Shown in pieces: positions 7,884-10,727 of a DNA stretch of 10,727 nucleotides; positions within the stretch are counted from its first letter, which is position 1; each line of letters begins with the position of its first letter. The translations under genes and the position numbers were made by a program. This DNA is from Planctomycetota bacterium (GTDB lineage: Bacteria > Planctomycetota > UBA1135 > UBA2386), in the NCBI GenBank assembly GCA_947501605.1, contig CANMWZ010000066.1, forward strand, positions 1-10,727, in the 5' to 3' direction. The notes under the pieces were generated by a model, which was not told the DNA's origin, did not search any database, and saw only the letters and a list, made by a program, of their open reading frames with translations.

Positions 7884-8309
7884 TCATTGGTTCACGATAG
7901 ACGAGCCCGGTTCGATAGGCTTGTTCCCAACATGGACCGTGTTTGAGTTTCGCCCCTCGGCCAGACCCCAGACACCGAGCCCACCCAAGAGGCAAGCCGT
8001 GACGATTGCCAAGCGATTAGCCGCGGTCGCAGACAGCGCTTGATCCACGGGACCAAGGCAACCGCAAGCCTCACCTGAAAAGACGTGCCAAGAAACAGCA
8101 GCTGTTGTCCATACCACGATGGCGCCAACCACCATCTTCCTCGGCATCACAGCCACTACCAAGGCCATGCATAGATCGACCCACACCAATGCGACCTGCC
8201 ATGTTGAATAGGTGGAATCCGAAGACGTCCACTTCAGGAGCACCAGAGCCGCGAATGCTGCTGTGACTACGATGCGAGTTGCAGTTGAGCGCTTCATGGA
8301 GCGCCTCAC
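7884..8309 (-). CDS. MauE/DoxX-like small membrane protein with CGC motif (141 aa)
   Basis: About four hydrophobic helices and 'EACGCLG' (MauE family CGCFG). GTGA overlap with the upstream gene's stop at 8306-8309. Confidence 0.65.
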   Translation of the reverse strand: MRRSMKRSTATRIVVTAAFAALVLLKWTSSDSTYSTWQVALVWVDLCMALVVAVMPRKMVVGAIVVWTTAAVSWHVFSGEACGCLGPVDQALSATAANRLAIVTACLLGGLGVWGLAEGRNSNTVHVGNKPIEPGSSIVNQ

Positions 8310-9913
8310 CTGCCCAGCACTGCCTTGAATGTCGCCTCTCCAGCTCCTCGGATCGGGACATCGACGAACTGTGAGTAGCTCCCCAAGAATTGACTAGAGG
8401 CCCGAAACTCAATGGCGCCGCACGGCAGTAGCATACGAGCATCTGCTGTCGAACCGTCAAATCCGAGTCTGGCCACCCGTTGGTCTGCGACATAAGCCTC
8501 CAAGAAAATTCCACCGACGACATCTGACATCAGATTCCCCACTAGCTCAATCTCGCAGAGCCTCGCATCATGAGGCAATCTAGCTTCGCCGCTCCCACTA
8601 CCGCCGGCTTCCACGATGATTTTCTCGATGTACTCCCCTACTCCCCAGGTGATGTCATACGTCCCAGGAGGGACACGCACATCCGTTCCGGACTGGAGCT
8701 TTCCGACTCTCCAGGATCTGCTTCCGTTGACACCCTTGGCGCTGAGCGGGACCCCGAACAACTCTCGATTGCTGGCATCGATGACCTTGAAGCTCAGAGA
8801 GCCGCACACGAGCGAGCGATCTAATCCCTGCGGCACAGTGAATGATTGACACCACTCGCTACCTGAAAGACTCTTCAATTCGTAATCTCTGTCTATCCAA
8901 CCGAGACCTTCAACGAAAGCTGTGAGCGTGGCTTTGAGCATGGGGTCCTGAGCTCTGGCCATGAACAGCGTGTCTGCATTGCTCAGCGGACAACGCTCCT
9001 GCATTCGTTCTCTAGCTCGTCGCAATCCGCGGAAATGCGGAGTTCCCTTCATCTTGCAGCTCAAACTAAGACAAAACAACTTCTCGGCAGGGATATCGAG
9101 CGCCAACCCCACCAAAGGCGTCAAGACAATCCTGTATGGGCCACCAGGAACTGTGAAGCTTGCTAGTGCAATCTCGACTGAAGCGACGAATGCTTCGTGT
9201 TCAACTTCGACCCCGTAATTCCCGGCCGTGAGCTTTAGTAAAACCGATCCTTCCGCGTCAGTTGTCGACGTCGCAATACCATGAACCTGCCCATCTCTGT
9301 AGACGGCAATCGAAGGACCCTCGCCTCTCCACCTCGCCGGAATGGGGCCCTTGGAAGCGGCAAGCTCGACGCCTTGGATTGGCTCACCTGCAGTATCAAC
9401 AATTTGAAATTGAATCACAGCGGCATCAGGCAGTTCAGCCAGCCATCCACCAGGGCGCACCTCCCGGAAAGGAACCATGAAATCTGCCCAGAGGATCTTG
9501 GCAAAAAAGGCCTTGTGACCAACCCTCAGATCGTCCGTGGCGATTTTCGCAATGCCGTCGGCGCCGGTCACACCGAGCATCACACCCCCTGCGGGCACCT
9601 GACGCTTTCCAGCATACTGCGCCTCAAATGCCACGACCTCGACGTTGGCGACACCGGCCCCAGTGGCTGATTTGGCGAAAAACTCGACGCTGCCACCCAC
9701 AGAACTTGCCAAGGATCGCGGCAAGGAGAGAGAGTCGGTCCCCACCGAAACAGCGGCTTGCGGGCCCGAGGCCATGGGAAGCGGCTTCTCTGAACCAGCA
9801 GCCGCAGCCGCATTGTTCGGCTCGTTTGTGAACATCGACAGGAATGCCACACCCAGTAAAATCGAGAGCGCGAGCGCAGTCCCGACCACCGAATTACGCC
9901 CGACGGACTTCAC
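8306..9913 (-). CDS. Membrane-anchored protein with carboxypeptidase-regulatory-like repeats (~535 aa; likely GTG start at 9913)
   Basis: GTG lies 1 nt after the upstream stop and is followed by a TM segment, 'VVGTALALSILLGVAFLSMF'. Motifs 'IVDTAGEPIQGVEL', 'TTDAEGSV..KLTAGNY' and 'VPPGTYDI'. Confidence 0.75.
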   Translation of the reverse strand: MKSVGRNSVVGTALALSILLGVAFLSMFTNEPNNAAAAAGSEKPLPMASGPQAAVSVGTDSLSLPRSLASSVGGSVEFFAKSATGAGVANVEVVAFEAQYAGKRQVPAGGVMLGVTGADGIAKIATDDLRVGHKAFFAKILWADFMVPFREVRPGGWLAELPDAAVIQFQIVDTAGEPIQGVELAASKGPIPARWRGEGPSIAVYRDGQVHGIATSTTDAEGSVLLKLTAGNYGVEVEHEAFVASVEIALASFTVPGGPYRIVLTPLVGLALDIPAEKLFCLSLSCKMKGTPHFRGLRRARERMQERCPLSNADTLFMARAQDPMLKATLTAFVEGLGWIDRDYELKSLSGSEWCQSFTVPQGLDRSLVCGSLSFKVIDASNRELFGVPLSAKGVNGSRSWRVGKLQSGTDVRVPPGTYDITWGVGEYIEKIIVEAGGSGSGEARLPHDARLCEIELVGNLMSDVVGGIFLEAYVADQRVARLGFDGSTADARMLLPCGAIEFRASSQFLGSYSQFVDVPIRGAGEATFKAVLGR

Positions 9914-9914
9914 T

Positions 9915-10292
9915 TCAGCACCTGCAGACCTTCTGAGGCGTCGCGTTCGGCACTCCGAACTCCTTGCATGGCTTCGCGCAGTAGTTGCGTACGCACGTGT
10001 AAGTCCAGACGCTGGTTTGCGCGTCGATCTGCCCACCCCCCTCACAAGGATTGTAGGGCTGCGTCTGATTTCCGCAACCGCAGGAGTAGTACCACACGCC
10101 AGCAACGAACACCGTCACCAGTTCGCAACTACTGTAGTCGTCACACAATGTGGCGGGGCAGGTGAAAAGAACCGATCCATTCGGGCTCGTGCTGATCTGA
10201 AGCCCGCAGTTCTCGCTTGTCGGCGCGGGCGCTGTGATCGCAGCCAGCGAGATCAGCACCATTAGCCCCAGCCAAACTTTTGTTTTGATCAT
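9915..10292 (-). CDS. Secreted cysteine-rich miniprotein (125 aa, 12 Cys)
   Basis: Sec-type signal MIKTKVWLGLMVLISLAA. Twelve Cys in a mature region of ~100 aa, ending in CRC. First gene of a tightly packed operon. Confidence 0.8.
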   Translation of the reverse strand: MIKTKVWLGLMVLISLAAITAPAPTSENCGLQISTSPNGSVLFTCPATLCDDYSSCELVTVFVAGVWYYSCGCGNQTQPYNPCEGGGQIDAQTSVWTYTCVRNYCAKPCKEFGVPNATPQKVCRC

Positions 10293-10299
10293 GGCTAGC

Positions 10300-10308
10300 A
10301 AGATAACA
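10300..10308 (-). promoter_or_regulatory. Putative extended -10 promoter (TGnTATCTT), leaderless
   Basis: The minus strand reads TG-T-TATCTT-GCTAGCC-ATG (7-nt spacer to ATG 10292). Confidence 0.55.
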
Positions 10309-10317
10309 GGGGGGGGG
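10309..10317. repeat. G9/C9 homopolymer directly upstream of the extended -10
   Basis: Nine consecutive G on the + strand. Confidence 0.9.
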
Positions 10318-10327
10318 CCAAAACTAG

Positions 10328-10358
10328 GGGGTCTTCAGGAAGTCGTGTGGGTAGCTGA
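10328..10358 (-). mobile_element. Isolated ISL3-type terminal inverted repeat
   Basis: GGGGTCTTCAGGAAGTCGTGTGGGTAGCTGA is an inverted match (27/31) to 7826-7856. No ISL3 ORF follows it. Confidence 0.75.
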
Positions 10359-10406
10359 GCATAGCTGATGGCCTCGATGCCTATCGTCCTGGCCACTGCG
10401 CAGCCA

Positions 10407-10727
10407 CTTAAGCGGTATCGCGACGGCTCCACGCACGTCGTCCTCGATCCGCTCACCTTCCTCGAACGCCTCTGCGCGCTGGTGCCGCGGCCGCGACGCA
10501 TGATGCTCACGTATCACGGCGTGCTCGCGCCGGCTGCCAGCATGCGCGATCGCGTCGTGCCGCCGCCGCCGCTGCCCAACGATGACGATGGCGCGGATGG
10601 TGCCGGCGGCTGTGACCACCTTGGTCAGCGCGAACGCCGCCGGCCGCAGTCGTCGAGTACATCCCACGGCCGCACGCTGCAGGGCCAACCCTTCGACAAC
10701 GACCCGCTGCGCCGACGCCGCATGCCG
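10407..10727 (+). pseudogene. IS91/ISCR-family transposase C-terminal fragment, copy 2, 5'-truncated and running off the window
   Basis: Reads LKRYRDGSTHVVLDPLTFLERLCALVPRPRRMMLTYHGVLAP...DPLRRRRMP. 10420-10717 aligns with 1-286 with substitutions and two in-frame indels. The upstream sequence is the ISL3 end, not the transposase N-terminus. Confidence 0.85.

Larger units (their letters stand above)
7857..10327 (-). other. Lower-GC cargo island between ISL3 ends
   Basis: Hand counts: 8881-8940 is 30/60 GC, versus 46/60 at 2401-2460. The compositional shift coincides approximately with the two IRs. Confidence 0.75.

Noticed and set aside
9914..10105. N-terminal extension of ORF 8306..10105
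   Set aside because: It overlaps the Cys-rich gene in another frame. GTG 9913 gives a proper N-terminal anchor and operon spacing.

Overview
GC-rich (~70% by eye) accessory region; the gene types and leaderless-type promoters suggest a Planctomycetota-like host (inference). Two diverged direct-repeat fragments of an IS91/ISCR-type rolling-circle transposase (1-286 and ~10407-10727) bracket a mosaic in which three cargo modules each have their own repeat pair. (i) A 799-aa secreted/membrane-anchored protein lies between two copies of the last ~130 bp of an upstream DUF5666-like lipoprotein gene. (ii) A secreted thioredoxin and a broken membrane ORF lie between two copies of an unexplained, stem-rich 132-bp element. 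(iii) A lower-GC three-gene operon (12-Cys secreted miniprotein, large membrane-anchored protein, MauE/DoxX-like CGC protein) lies between ISL3 ends. A clade-2 chlorite dismutase sits between modules i and ii. The first gene of each module has a TAnnnT -10 box exactly 7 nt before its ATG. No intact transposase, integrase, CRISPR array, tRNA or rRNA is visible. Family assignments come from recalled motifs, not from database searches.
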